From Candidatus Obscuribacteraceae bacterium (GTDB lineage: Bacteria > Cyanobacteriota > Vampirovibrionia > Obscuribacterales > Obscuribacteraceae): a stretch of 64,000 bases of DNA. The notes beneath the pieces are model-generated. The model worked only from the letters and a program-made list of their open reading frames with translations. It had not been told where the DNA came from and searched no databases. Both the position numbers and the translations under genes were made by a program. This document shows positions 9,951 through 18,215 of the stretch, piece by piece. Position 1 is the stretch's first letter. Each line of letters opens with the position of its first letter. Location: positions 352,001 to 416,000 of the forward strand of contig JBGASG010000001.1 of the NCBI GenBank assembly GCA_044229845.1. The letters run 5' to 3'.

Positions 9951-10126
9951 GTGTGCCGAGGCGGTTAAATACTGGCGTTTAGCATTTGACCGCCTCGGCG
10001 GCCGCAATACCTTCGAAACGGCCGCCACTGCGGTCATTCTCATCGGTGATGGCCGCTATGGCGGTCGTTTCAACGAATCTCTGGCCGCCACGGCGGTCAC
10101 GAGTGATCTAGTCCGCCGAGCGGACA
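9951..10126. repeat. array of palindromes, consensus GRCCGCCnnGGCGGYC, with unique spacers
   Basis: 16-bp units at 9988, 10020, 10051 and 10083, a 15-bp variant at 10111 and a degenerate unit near 9951; spacers 16, 15, 16 and 12 nt. Confidence 0.8.
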
Positions 10127-10190
10127 ATCCTCTGATGTGATGGAGATGGGGGGTGTCAGCCGGATCGGACGCTATGCGAGAATAGCCCTC

Positions 10191-10748
10191 ATGGCCGCCA
10201 AGAAAATCAAGAATAAGAAGAAAGGCGACGACTCGGCATCCGGCGGGCGCGGCGAGGGATCTGGAGGCGGACCACTTGGCGGTGGCGCCTCCGCATCGTC
10301 ACTTAATCCGCAGTCGGTGACGTACAAGAGGGCGCGCTGGAAGCACTTCATGCGGTTCGGCGCGTTCCTGATGGTGCTGCTCATGGACAGCAGTTTCGTC
10401 TACACCGCCTGGAAAGCGCATGCCATCTTGCACATGGCGTTTCGTCCGCAGGAGATGTTCGGGTACTTCCTTCTGACAGTAATGAATATGTTTCTTCTCC
10501 CCTCAATGGTGCTTGAGGTCGACAAAGTGATCGTCACTCCGGAGAAGATTGTTCTTCATAACCTGGTCTGGAAGTTTCAGGAGAAGTGGGACGAGCTTCG
10601 CAAATTCAGCCAGCCGATTTTTCTCAAGTTCGCCATCCTATATGGAAGCCACGGCGTCTACTTGATCAATAAGAAGGACCTGGGCGTCGAAGAATACCAA
10701 ACACTTGTTGAAACTATTGAGCACAAAGCGGCGCATCTCCAGAAATAG
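10191..10748 (+). CDS. hypothetical membrane protein (2 TM, then a possible bacterial PH-like tail)
   Basis: Two hydrophobic segments followed by [16 protein letters not shown]; start uncertain (track gives 10137). Confidence 0.7.
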   Translation: MAAKKIKNKKKGDDSASGGRGEGSGGGPLGGGASASSLNPQSVTYKRARWKHFMRFGAFLMVLLMDSSFVYTAWKAHAILHMAFRPQEMFGYFLLTVMNMFLLPSMVLEVDKVIVTPEKIVLHNLVWKFQEKWDELRKFSQPIFLKFAILYGSHGVYLINKKDLGVEEYQTLVETIEHKAAHLQK

Positions 10749-10840
10749 CTTATACTTCCCTTTGCGCTGAAACCCAGTTGGCAAGGCAATCAAGCAACTC
10801 CGCCGCAGCGCAGGCAGAGGGAGATTGGATTCACTCAGTC

Positions 10841-11275
10841 ATGGCTAAAGGAAAGATACGCGTTCTCATTGGCAAACCCGGTCTGGACGGACACGACCGT
10901 GGTGCCAAAATTGTCGCGCGTGCACTGCGCGATGCCGGCATGGAAGTGATTTATACCGGGCTGCATCGTTCGCCCGAGGAGATAGTCGAGACAGCCATTC
11001 AGGAAGATGTCGACGCCATTGGTCTGAGCATCCTATCCGGCGCCCACATGACGCTCTTCCCGCGCATTCTGGAATTGCTTAAGGAGCAGGACGCGTCAGA
11101 TATTCTCCTTTTCGGCGGCGGCATTATCCCCGAAGAAGACCGGCAGGCGCTGCTCGACGCTGGAGTTTCCGAGATATTCGTCCCGGGTGGTGCCACCCAG
11201 CGCACTATCGAGTTTCTGAAAGCCCATTTCGCTGCTAAGCCTGATGACGTCGAAGAACCAGTCAAGAAACGATAA
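10841..11275 (+). CDS. cobalamin-binding domain protein (methylmalonyl-CoA mutase small-subunit type)
   Basis: [10 protein letters not shown] (DxHxxG), GLSILSGAH and GGGIIP motifs. Confidence 0.93.
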   Translation: MAKGKIRVLIGKPGLDGHDRGAKIVARALRDAGMEVIYTGLHRSPEEIVETAIQEDVDAIGLSILSGAHMTLFPRILELLKEQDASDILLFGGGIIPEEDRQALLDAGVSEIFVPGGATQRTIEFLKAHFAAKPDDVEEPVKKR

Positions 11276-11468
11276 GCAAAAATTGGCTTGCCAAGAGCGT
11301 ATTTACCGTGTGTCTGAAAATGCTCGGGGCGGGGTATATAAAGAGATGGGTTCTGATTCGAATGATTCGAAGCTTAATTTTGCCCGGCAAAGTTAAAAAA
11401 AGCGAAACAAGCCCATGACAGCCGTGTTATATTCTGGACACTCATCTGGTTGACAGGAGTCACCTTCG

Positions 11469-11678
11469 TTGGACCAACCTGATAACACCAAACAAGGCAA
11501 ACCATCGTGGCAAGCTTTTGCTGAAGCGTTCTTCCCCCTCGAAGCAACGTTAATCAGAGAAAGCATCAACGTCGTCAATGAGGCCCTGCCTCAAAGAAAC
11601 GAGGCAGTTGCTATGACCGCTTCCGCAAGCGCTCATGCCTTCCTCCGACATGCTGGCGACAGCGTGTACGACACCTAA
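11469..11678 (+). CDS. small protein, candidate antitoxin
   Basis: AGGAG 9 nt before TTG; sits upstream of a MazF gene; acidic/aromatic tail AFLRHAGDSVYDT. Confidence 0.5.
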   Translation: MDQPDNTKQGKPSWQAFAEAFFPLEATLIRESINVVNEALPQRNEAVAMTASASAHAFLRHAGDSVYDT

Positions 11679-11837
11679 GTCCCGGTCTCACGCCTGAAAT
11701 CGACGAATTGCACCCGCCTGAGTCATCAGGGGGGCTTTCGCGTACTGGTACAATGAATTGGCGTTCCTGTACCTGAACTTCGAGCAAAACTTACTATTAC
11801 TGAGCCTTCTTCGCCTGCTTCCGCCTCAAAACCGCCT

Positions 11838-12272
11838 TTGTACCGCAAGGGCGATGTCGTGCTGGTCGCCTTTCCTTACACAACCGACGACGGTCAGACC
11901 CAGACGAAGCGCCGACCCGCGGTGATTATTTCCAACGACTACAACAACGCCCGCCTCGATGATGTGCTGCTGGTGCCCCTGACCAGCAACGTTTCCCGCG
12001 CCACGCGCGAGCCCACCCAGGTCACCGTCGAGATGAACAGCCCCGAAGGGAAAGCAGGCGGATTGCGTCTCGATAGCGTCATCGACTGCACGGTCATCGC
12101 CACCATTCCCAAAACACTTCTGGTCAACAAGATCGGCGCCTTTCCCAACGAGGTGATGGAGCGGGTCGACATGTGCCTGATGGTGGCTCTATCGATCGGG
12201 CGCCCCGTGCAGCAGGATCGCACCTCCTACCCTGAATTCGGTCAGACCGCCAGCGGTGGCGAACGCAAGTAA
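11838..12272 (+). CDS. PemK/MazF family endoribonuclease toxin, copy 1
   Basis: KGDVVLVAFPY, KRRPAVIIS, VPLTSN and GLRLDSVI motifs; true start may be ATT 11796. Confidence 0.9.
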   Translation: MYRKGDVVLVAFPYTTDDGQTQTKRRPAVIISNDYNNARLDDVLLVPLTSNVSRATREPTQVTVEMNSPEGKAGGLRLDSVIDCTVIATIPKTLLVNKIGAFPNEVMERVDMCLMVALSIGRPVQQDRTSYPEFGQTASGGERK

Positions 12273-12296
12273 TTCGATCGGGCAATAGCCCATCAG

Positions 12297-12467
12297 TTGA
12301 CTGTTTCGCCGATTGCGGAACAGGCGCTCTTGTCTATCGTCGAAGTAACCAGGTCCAACGAACCTGTCCACCAGATTACCAACACAGACCAATATCGAGA
12401 GTCCGGAAAACTGGAAGAGATTTCTCTGGCCGATTCACGAAGGCGCCAGATGGGCTTAGAAGAGTGA
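12297..12467 (+). CDS. 56-aa protein, candidate antitoxin (not in the ORF track)
   Basis: Manual translation MTVSPIAEQALLSIVEVTRSNEPVHQITNTDQYRESGKLEEISLADSRRRQMGLEE; fills the gap between the two toxin genes. Confidence 0.4.
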   Translation: MTVSPIAEQALLSIVEVTRSNEPVHQITNTDQYRESGKLEEISLADSRRRQMGLEE

Positions 12468-12475
12468 GACGCACT

Positions 12476-12937
12476 ATGCATCCGTTATCCCACAGACACC
12501 TTTTTACTACGCCTATTACCGAAACGACCACACCGCAAGCGCAAGCCGGGAAGCCGCCCTTGTACCGCAAGGGCGATGTTGTGCTGGTGTCGTTTCCTTA
12601 CACCACCGACGACGGGCAGACGCAGACCAAACGCCGCCCGGCAGTGATTATCTCCAACGACTACAACAATGCGCGCCTTGATGATGTGCTGCTGGTGCCT
12701 CTGACCAGCAATACCTCCCGCGGTGCGCGCGAACCGACGCAGGTTTTCGTCGAGATGAACTCCAGCGAAGGCAAAGCCGGCGGGTTGCGACTGGACAGCG
12801 TCATCGACTGCACGGTCATTGCCACCATTCCTAAAACGCTTTTGGTCACCAAGATCGGTGCGTTTCCGAATGAAGTGATGGAACGCGTTGATATGTGCCT
12901 GATGATCGCGCTTTCGATCGGTCGCCCGGTGCTTTAG
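12476..12937 (+). CDS. PemK/MazF family endoribonuclease toxin, copy 2
   Basis: Near-identical to copy 1; start uncertain (GTG 12464, ATG 12476 or ATT 12515). Confidence 0.9.
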   Translation: MHPLSHRHLFTTPITETTTPQAQAGKPPLYRKGDVVLVSFPYTTDDGQTQTKRRPAVIISNDYNNARLDDVLLVPLTSNTSRGAREPTQVFVEMNSSEGKAGGLRLDSVIDCTVIATIPKTLLVTKIGAFPNEVMERVDMCLMIALSIGRPVL

Positions 12938-12955
12938 TCCCGCGACCTGATAGAT

Positions 12956-13741
12956 CTAGGCTTTGGTAGAAACCACTACTTTGGCGCCCACCGTCGAGGA
13001 CAGTGCTTCAGTGGCGCGCCCGCAGTTGACGGATATTTCGACGAAGCCGTGGCTTCCCACAAAGGCGTTCGGCTTGCCGCGCGCTACCGACGAATAAGTG
13101 GTGCCCAGCGTCAGCGTGGTGCCGTTGATGGTGAAGCGCACGTTGGTGGCTTCCGGATTCAGGCGAATGTTGGTGATCAGGTTGCCGAAGCGGTCGACAT
13201 AGATCACTCGTCCGGTCATGACCGGCGGTGCTTCGACGAATTCGTAATGCGACAGTTTGACGATGTCCGAGACTGCCATCTCTTTGCCGAATTCTTCCGG
13301 ACGCATCCCGCAGGCAAGAAACGCGCACACAGGTCCGAAGATATCGCGGGCATGGAAGCTGCTGGATACGTCGCGGCGCCAGAAGTTCTGGTTGGTCAGC
13401 TGGTATGCCTGCCACTGCTCGTGGTGGTCGTTGAGCAAGTACGAGCAAAGCCCGTTGTCCGGACCGACGAATGAGTGATGCTTGCCGCGCAGAAGAATGC
13501 CCTTGCGATCGGAGCCGACGCCGGGATCGACGACGCCCAGGTGAATGCTGCCGGCGGGAAACTGTTTATACGCGTTATAGATGATGAATGCGCCAGCGCC
13601 GACATCCCACGCTTCGATGTCGTGCGATATATCAACGATCGGCACCGACTGCGAAATCGTCGTCATGACACCTTTGACGATGCCTGTGTAGCCATCTTTC
13701 TGTCCAAAGTCAGTGGTAAATGTGATGACGCTGTTTGTCAT
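12956..13741 (-). CDS. SAM hydroxide adenosyltransferase / SAM-dependent halogenase family (DUF62)
   Basis: TTDFG, VVDPGVGSDR, GPDNG, SFHARDIFGP and DRFGNLITN motifs; start 13741 or 13774. Confidence 0.92.
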   Translation of the reverse strand: MTNSVITFTTDFGQKDGYTGIVKGVMTTISQSVPIVDISHDIEAWDVGAGAFIIYNAYKQFPAGSIHLGVVDPGVGSDRKGILLRGKHHSFVGPDNGLCSYLLNDHHEQWQAYQLTNQNFWRRDVSSSFHARDIFGPVCAFLACGMRPEEFGKEMAVSDIVKLSHYEFVEAPPVMTGRVIYVDRFGNLITNIRLNPEATNVRFTINGTTLTLGTTYSSVARGKPNAFVGSHGFVEISVNCGRATEALSSTVGAKVVVSTKA

Positions 13742-13776
13742 TGTGGGGCACTCTCGCTCTCGTGTTTGTTGCATGT

Positions 13777-14178
13777 TCAGGGACTTTCACTTCCGGTGTG
13801 GGCTAAAACTGTGGCGCAGGCATACTCGCGCTCGTGACTGATTGACACTTCCCAATCGGTCAACTTTCTGCGCGCGGCAATTTGCACGGCGCGTCCATGC
13901 AGCTTGACCGTCGGTTCGCCGGACGGCTTGTGCACGATTTCCACTTCCTTCCAATCGAGACCGTACCAGCCGGTGCCCAGCGCTTTGGCTGCCGCTTCTT
14001 TGGCTGCGAATCTACCGGATAGACGACTGACTGTGTGTTTCGGCGCGCTCAATACGTAGCGCATTTCGTGCTCCGTCAGGATGCGACGCAAAAGCCGTTC
14101 GCCAAACTTGGCGTACGCCTGGGCAACGCGGGAGGTCGAGCAAATGTCAGTGCCGATTTTGATTGTCACGATTGCCAC
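13777..14178 (-). CDS. acpS: holo-ACP synthase
   Basis: IGTDI, RFAAKEAAAKALGTG and VSISHE motifs. Confidence 0.95.
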   Translation of the reverse strand: MAIVTIKIGTDICSTSRVAQAYAKFGERLLRRILTEHEMRYVLSAPKHTVSRLSGRFAAKEAAAKALGTGWYGLDWKEVEIVHKPSGEPTVKLHGRAVQIAARRKLTDWEVSISHEREYACATVLAHTGSESP

Positions 14179-14189
14179 CAGACAGATTT

Positions 14190-14762
14190 CTAGGCGCCCA
14201 GATCGTCGGCGTCGACGCGCGTTCCATACAAATAAACTTGCTCGGGGGCCGGCAACTCGGCATGTATGTCGCTGACGGTTTTGCCCTTCGTCGGATGCTG
14301 CAAGTCCGGTGCAATCTCCAGTAGTGGAACCAACGCATAAGCGCGTGTATCCAGCCCGGGGTGAGGAACTCTCAGGTAGGACGTCTCGACTTCCTCTTCG
14401 CCGTAAAACAGAATGTCCAGATCGATGATACGCGTCTTGGTCATGCCGTTCGGACCCGCATGGAAAATCTCAGGCGATTCAGAGCCGGCCAGCACGCTCA
14501 AGCGCATCTCGATTTCTTTGCAGACGTCGAGCAACTCGCGTGGACGCAGATTGGTTTCAATTGCCGCCACGGCGTTCACAAACCATTCGCTGTACTCGCG
14601 ACCGACTGGTTCGGTTTCGTACAGGCTGGAGCACTCGACAACTTCGATGTTGTCGTGGTCCTTGAGGAGCTGCATGGCTTGCTGTACAAAGCCCAGCCGG
14701 TCTCCTTCATTGGAGCCCAATCCGATGAAGCAGCGAACCCAATTGCCGTTAGCGTCGGACAT
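14190..14762 (-). CDS. folK: 2-amino-4-hydroxy-6-hydroxymethyldihydropteridine diphosphokinase
   Basis: IGLGSNEG, SSLYETEP and RIIDLDIL motifs. Confidence 0.93.
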   Translation of the reverse strand: MSDANGNWVRCFIGLGSNEGDRLGFVQQAMQLLKDHDNIEVVECSSLYETEPVGREYSEWFVNAVAAIETNLRPRELLDVCKEIEMRLSVLAGSESPEIFHAGPNGMTKTRIIDLDILFYGEEEVETSYLRVPHPGLDTRAYALVPLLEIAPDLQHPTKGKTVSDIHAELPAPEQVYLYGTRVDADDLGA

Positions 14763-14854
14763 CGGCGGCAGCCGTTCCTTATATCAAACAGAACACTCGT
14801 TTCCCGGCAGATTATATCTACTGGGAGCACTTGTGTGGGCCCCTTGGCGTCGCA

Positions 14855-15544
14855 TCAGCTGCCGATTGCCGCCACCAATTTTGCCGTCTCGCAAAGCGTG
14901 TCGAAGAGGTGATCCGGGCTGAGCGCCTCCAGGTCTGACTTGGGCGTGCGCCCTGTCGCCACCGCGATCGAACGCGCTCCATAACCCTTGGCGCAGAGCA
15001 CGTCATTGACCGCATCGCCGATGATGACGATATCCGCGGGCGTAAAGTCCTGCTCGAAGTGGTCTATGGCGCGCTTATGAGCGATCGCCGGCAATTGCAT
15101 GCGGTCATGAGAATCGCTGCCGTAAGCGCCCATGGGGAAGAAACGGTTGAGGCTGAACGGTTGCAGCTTAATGCGCGCCCCCGGCTCAATATTGCCCGTC
15201 AATAAACCCAGATTAGCCCAGGAAGCTGTCGCCAGTTCTTCCAGCAGCTCGATGACGCCCCCGTGCACGGTCATCTCGCGCGACTTAGCTACCTCGCGCT
15301 CCAGGCGCGGTAAGTAGACCTCGAATGTCTTGAGCAGCAGCTGATCGAGATCATCGTGGTCGTGACCGTTGTGAATCAGTGCTTCGCGAATAATTTGCGG
15401 GTCAGTTTTTCCGGACAGGCTCAGTCCATCCATGTTGATATGCCGGCCGCAACTCTCGGTGAGAGCGGCTTCCAGAGCCCGTCTGCCCACTCCTGCGGAG
15501 TGCAGCATTGTTTCGTCGATATCAAACAGAATCAGACGCTTCAT
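14855..15544 (-). CDS. HAD family hydrolase (phosphoglycolate phosphatase-like)
   Basis: FDIDETM, LTGN and IGDAVND motifs. Confidence 0.9.
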   Translation of the reverse strand: MKRLILFDIDETMLHSAGVGRRALEAALTESCGRHINMDGLSLSGKTDPQIIREALIHNGHDHDDLDQLLLKTFEVYLPRLEREVAKSREMTVHGGVIELLEELATASWANLGLLTGNIEPGARIKLQPFSLNRFFPMGAYGSDSHDRMQLPAIAHKRAIDHFEQDFTPADIVIIGDAVNDVLCAKGYGARSIAVATGRTPKSDLEALSPDHLFDTLCETAKLVAAIGS

Positions 15545-15822
15545 TGCTATCGAAATCTCTCCTCGGGGGTGGCTAAGATTTTACCGCATCGGCTTCGGCA
15601 GAGGAAATTGGTCGCTTTCCCTCGCTGCACCAAATATGGTGGCAGCACCAGAATGCTCCCTGCCGGTGTCATTGATCATACCCAACCCGCCAATCCGACA
15701 ACTGGCGGCGCGTTTTCCCGGGACGGCAGGTAAAGTCATGCAACAGCCTGCTTTTGCCAGCTTGAGGCGGTTTGCGGACGGGCACATATGAATCAGCAGG
15801 AGCCCGATTCCGCCGCGTTTAC

Positions 15823-18213
15823 ATGGAAAATCCCGACAAACTCCAAGAGCAGGTACACACCCTAGCCGGGCAGCAAGCGTTCCACGTCTGCCCCACCTGT
15901 GGTTTGAAGCTCTCGTTATCCACCAAGACTTGCCCGAACGACGGCACCGAGACGGGCGAGTCGCCGAAGCCCGGGACCATATTCAAAGGGCATTACGAGT
16001 TCGTCGATATTGTCGGCGAGGGCGGTATGAGCGTGGTTTACAAGGCGCGGGACAAGATCCTCGGGCGGACGGTGGCGATCAAACTGATGCACGCCCACGT
16101 GGCCGCCAACAGTAAGCAGATTCTGCGCTTTCAGCAAGAGGCTAAGGCCGCCTCGCTCCTGTCTCATCCACACGTCATTTCTGTCCACGAATTCGGCACC
16201 CTCGACGACGGGCAGCCGTTCTTGATCATGGACTACGCCGAAGGCAAAAGCCTGGCCGAGATTATTACCAGTCGCGGTCGCCTGCCTGTGGCCCGAGCGC
16301 TGGCAATTTTCGTTCAGGTCGCCGATGCCCTTTCGCATGCGCACCGCAAGAACGTCATCCACCGGGATTTAAAACCCAGCAACATCATGCTCTGTCGCGG
16401 CGACCGGGGCGAAGATGTGGCGAAGGTAGTCGACTTCGGAATCGCCAAGATCGTCCAGTCTGATGCCGACAAACGCGGGCTGACACAGACCGGCGAGATA
16501 TTCGGCAGTCCGCCCTACATGAGCCCCGAGCAGTGCGCCGGCTGGCCGATGAACAATCGCTCCGACATTTATTCCATGGGTTGCCTGATGTATGAGGCGC
16601 TCTCTGGACATCCACCGTTCGCAGGCGAATCTCTGGTAGAAACGGTTTACAAACACATGCACGAGCCGCCACCGCAATTGGTGGCAGAGGGCGAAAAGTT
16701 TCCCGAGATGCTGCAGATGATTGTGACTAAGACACTGGCTAAGGAGCCGGGCGAGCGCTATGAAACGATGGAACAGCTGAGCGCCGACCTGCAGCACGTC
16801 CTCGATGATGTGGAAGGGCGCGACAATCAATCGAAGTACATCTGCAACGAAACATCCACACCGACATCGTTCAAAATACCCTGGGTGGTTGTCGGTGGAG
16901 TTATTCTCGTCATTGTCTCCGCCCTGTTTGCTACGCTGAGTTGGCCCACCGCAAAACCACCGGAAGACAACAAAGTGCAGGCTAGTCTAGAGCAGGTGGT
17001 GGCACAATCAGCACCGCAAGATTCTATGTTGAGCAACCAGTCGCCGAGCTGGTCTGGCGATGACAACGATCTGAAAGAGTTGATCAAAACCAACCCCAAC
17101 GCCACCAAGTTGCCTCGCGACGGCAAGCCGCTCACAGATGCAGGATTTATAGACGTCGGCAAGATGAAGTATCTGCACACGGTCAGCTTGTGCGACACTG
17201 AAATTACGAATGCCACGATGAAGAGGCTGGGCGCGGTTTCTTCTTTGAAGACATTGCGCGTTGCACGCACCACCGTTAACGATGATGGCGTGAAAGCGCT
17301 GGCAGGGTTGGGTCTAATAGAACTGGACGTATCCCACACTGGCGTCACCCGAGCGTCATTGCCGCTGATCGCCAACTTCAAGAATCTGCAAATCTTGAAT
17401 GTTTCGGGACTCAACCTCACCGATGCTGATCTGATGGTGCTCAGTCGGTTGCCGTCGTTAGAGAATCTGACGATTTCAGGCAATCACATTACGGGACCTG
17501 GGCTGGCCCGCTTGCGAAACCTGAAACGACTGGATGCCGCCGGCAATCCCCTGGATGACGAGGGAATTCCGTTTGTCGTTCAGTTGCCCATGCTGAAAGA
17601 GATTGATTTGAGCGACACACCAATCACAGAGAAGGGTGGCGTGTTGCTCGGCGCCAAGTCTAATCTGGTCTCAGTGACCCTGAACAAAACTTTGATTGGA
17701 GACAAAACTGCGCGTGAGCTGGTCCGGCTGCCTGAGCTCAAGGTCTTGAATCTCGATGAAACAAAGGTGACGCGCGCACTAATCCCGGCCCTGGTCAAAA
17801 GCAAATCAATAGAGAATCTCAGCCTGCACAAAGATGGGTTGGATAATGCCAGCGCTGCCTTGATCAGCACCATGGGTCAGTTGCAAGTACTCAATGTCGG
17901 TGGCAGTCAAATTGATGATGCCGGCGCCAAAAAACTTGCCAATCTGTCCAAGCTCAAAGATCTGTCGCTGGACCACACGCTGATTACCGACGCCTCGATG
18001 CCGGCGCTGGTTGGAAAACTGAAGAAGCAACTGCAAAGCCTGAATATCAGCGGCACCATCATCACCAATAAAGGAGTGCGCGCACTGTCCGAAATAGACG
18101 GACTCGTCGACCTGAAAACAGCCGATTGCCGCGGCATCGATGATGACGGACTGCAAGACGTCAAGCACGCACATCCCTATTGCCACATGGATCGCGGCGA
18201 TGCCATGTTCTAG
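15823..18213 (+). CDS. Ser/Thr protein kinase with a TM segment and C-terminal leucine-rich repeats
   Basis: N-terminal CPTC..CPNDG; GEGGMSVVY, VAIK, HRDLKPSN, DFG and YMSPE motifs; TM segment; LxxLxLxxTxITD repeats. Confidence 0.93.
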   Translation: MENPDKLQEQVHTLAGQQAFHVCPTCGLKLSLSTKTCPNDGTETGESPKPGTIFKGHYEFVDIVGEGGMSVVYKARDKILGRTVAIKLMHAHVAANSKQILRFQQEAKAASLLSHPHVISVHEFGTLDDGQPFLIMDYAEGKSLAEIITSRGRLPVARALAIFVQVADALSHAHRKNVIHRDLKPSNIMLCRGDRGEDVAKVVDFGIAKIVQSDADKRGLTQTGEIFGSPPYMSPEQCAGWPMNNRSDIYSMGCLMYEALSGHPPFAGESLVETVYKHMHEPPPQLVAEGEKFPEMLQMIVTKTLAKEPGERYETMEQLSADLQHVLDDVEGRDNQSKYICNETSTPTSFKIPWVVVGGVILVIVSALFATLSWPTAKPPEDNKVQASLEQVVAQSAPQDSMLSNQSPSWSGDDNDLKELIKTNPNATKLPRDGKPLTDAGFIDVGKMKYLHTVSLCDTEITNATMKRLGAVSSLKTLRVARTTVNDDGVKALAGLGLIELDVSHTGVTRASLPLIANFKNLQILNVSGLNLTDADLMVLSRLPSLENLTISGNHITGPGLARLRNLKRLDAAGNPLDDEGIPFVVQLPMLKEIDLSDTPITEKGGVLLGAKSNLVSVTLNKTLIGDKTARELVRLPELKVLNLDETKVTRALIPALVKSKSIENLSLHKDGLDNASAALISTMGQLQVLNVGGSQIDDAGAKKLANLSKLKDLSLDHTLITDASMPALVGKLKKQLQSLNISGTIITNKGVRALSEIDGLVDLKTADCRGIDDDGLQDVKHAHPYCHMDRGDAMF

Positions 18214-18215
18214 AT

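Noticed and set aside
9951..10126. Canonical CRISPR array
   Set aside because: Repeats (16 bp) and spacers (12-16 nt) are too short, the repeats are degenerate, and there are no cas genes in the window; kept as an unexplained array.
9901..10140. 79-aa ORF over the palindrome array
   Set aside because: Its repeated peptides are a by-product of the DNA palindromes (2 units = 63 bp); there is no SD and the spacers show no codon-level conservation.
12956..13741. Fluorinase/chlorinase pathway
   Set aside because: The gene sits in a housekeeping context and most DUF62 members are SAM hydrolases; halogenase activity cannot be supported from sequence.
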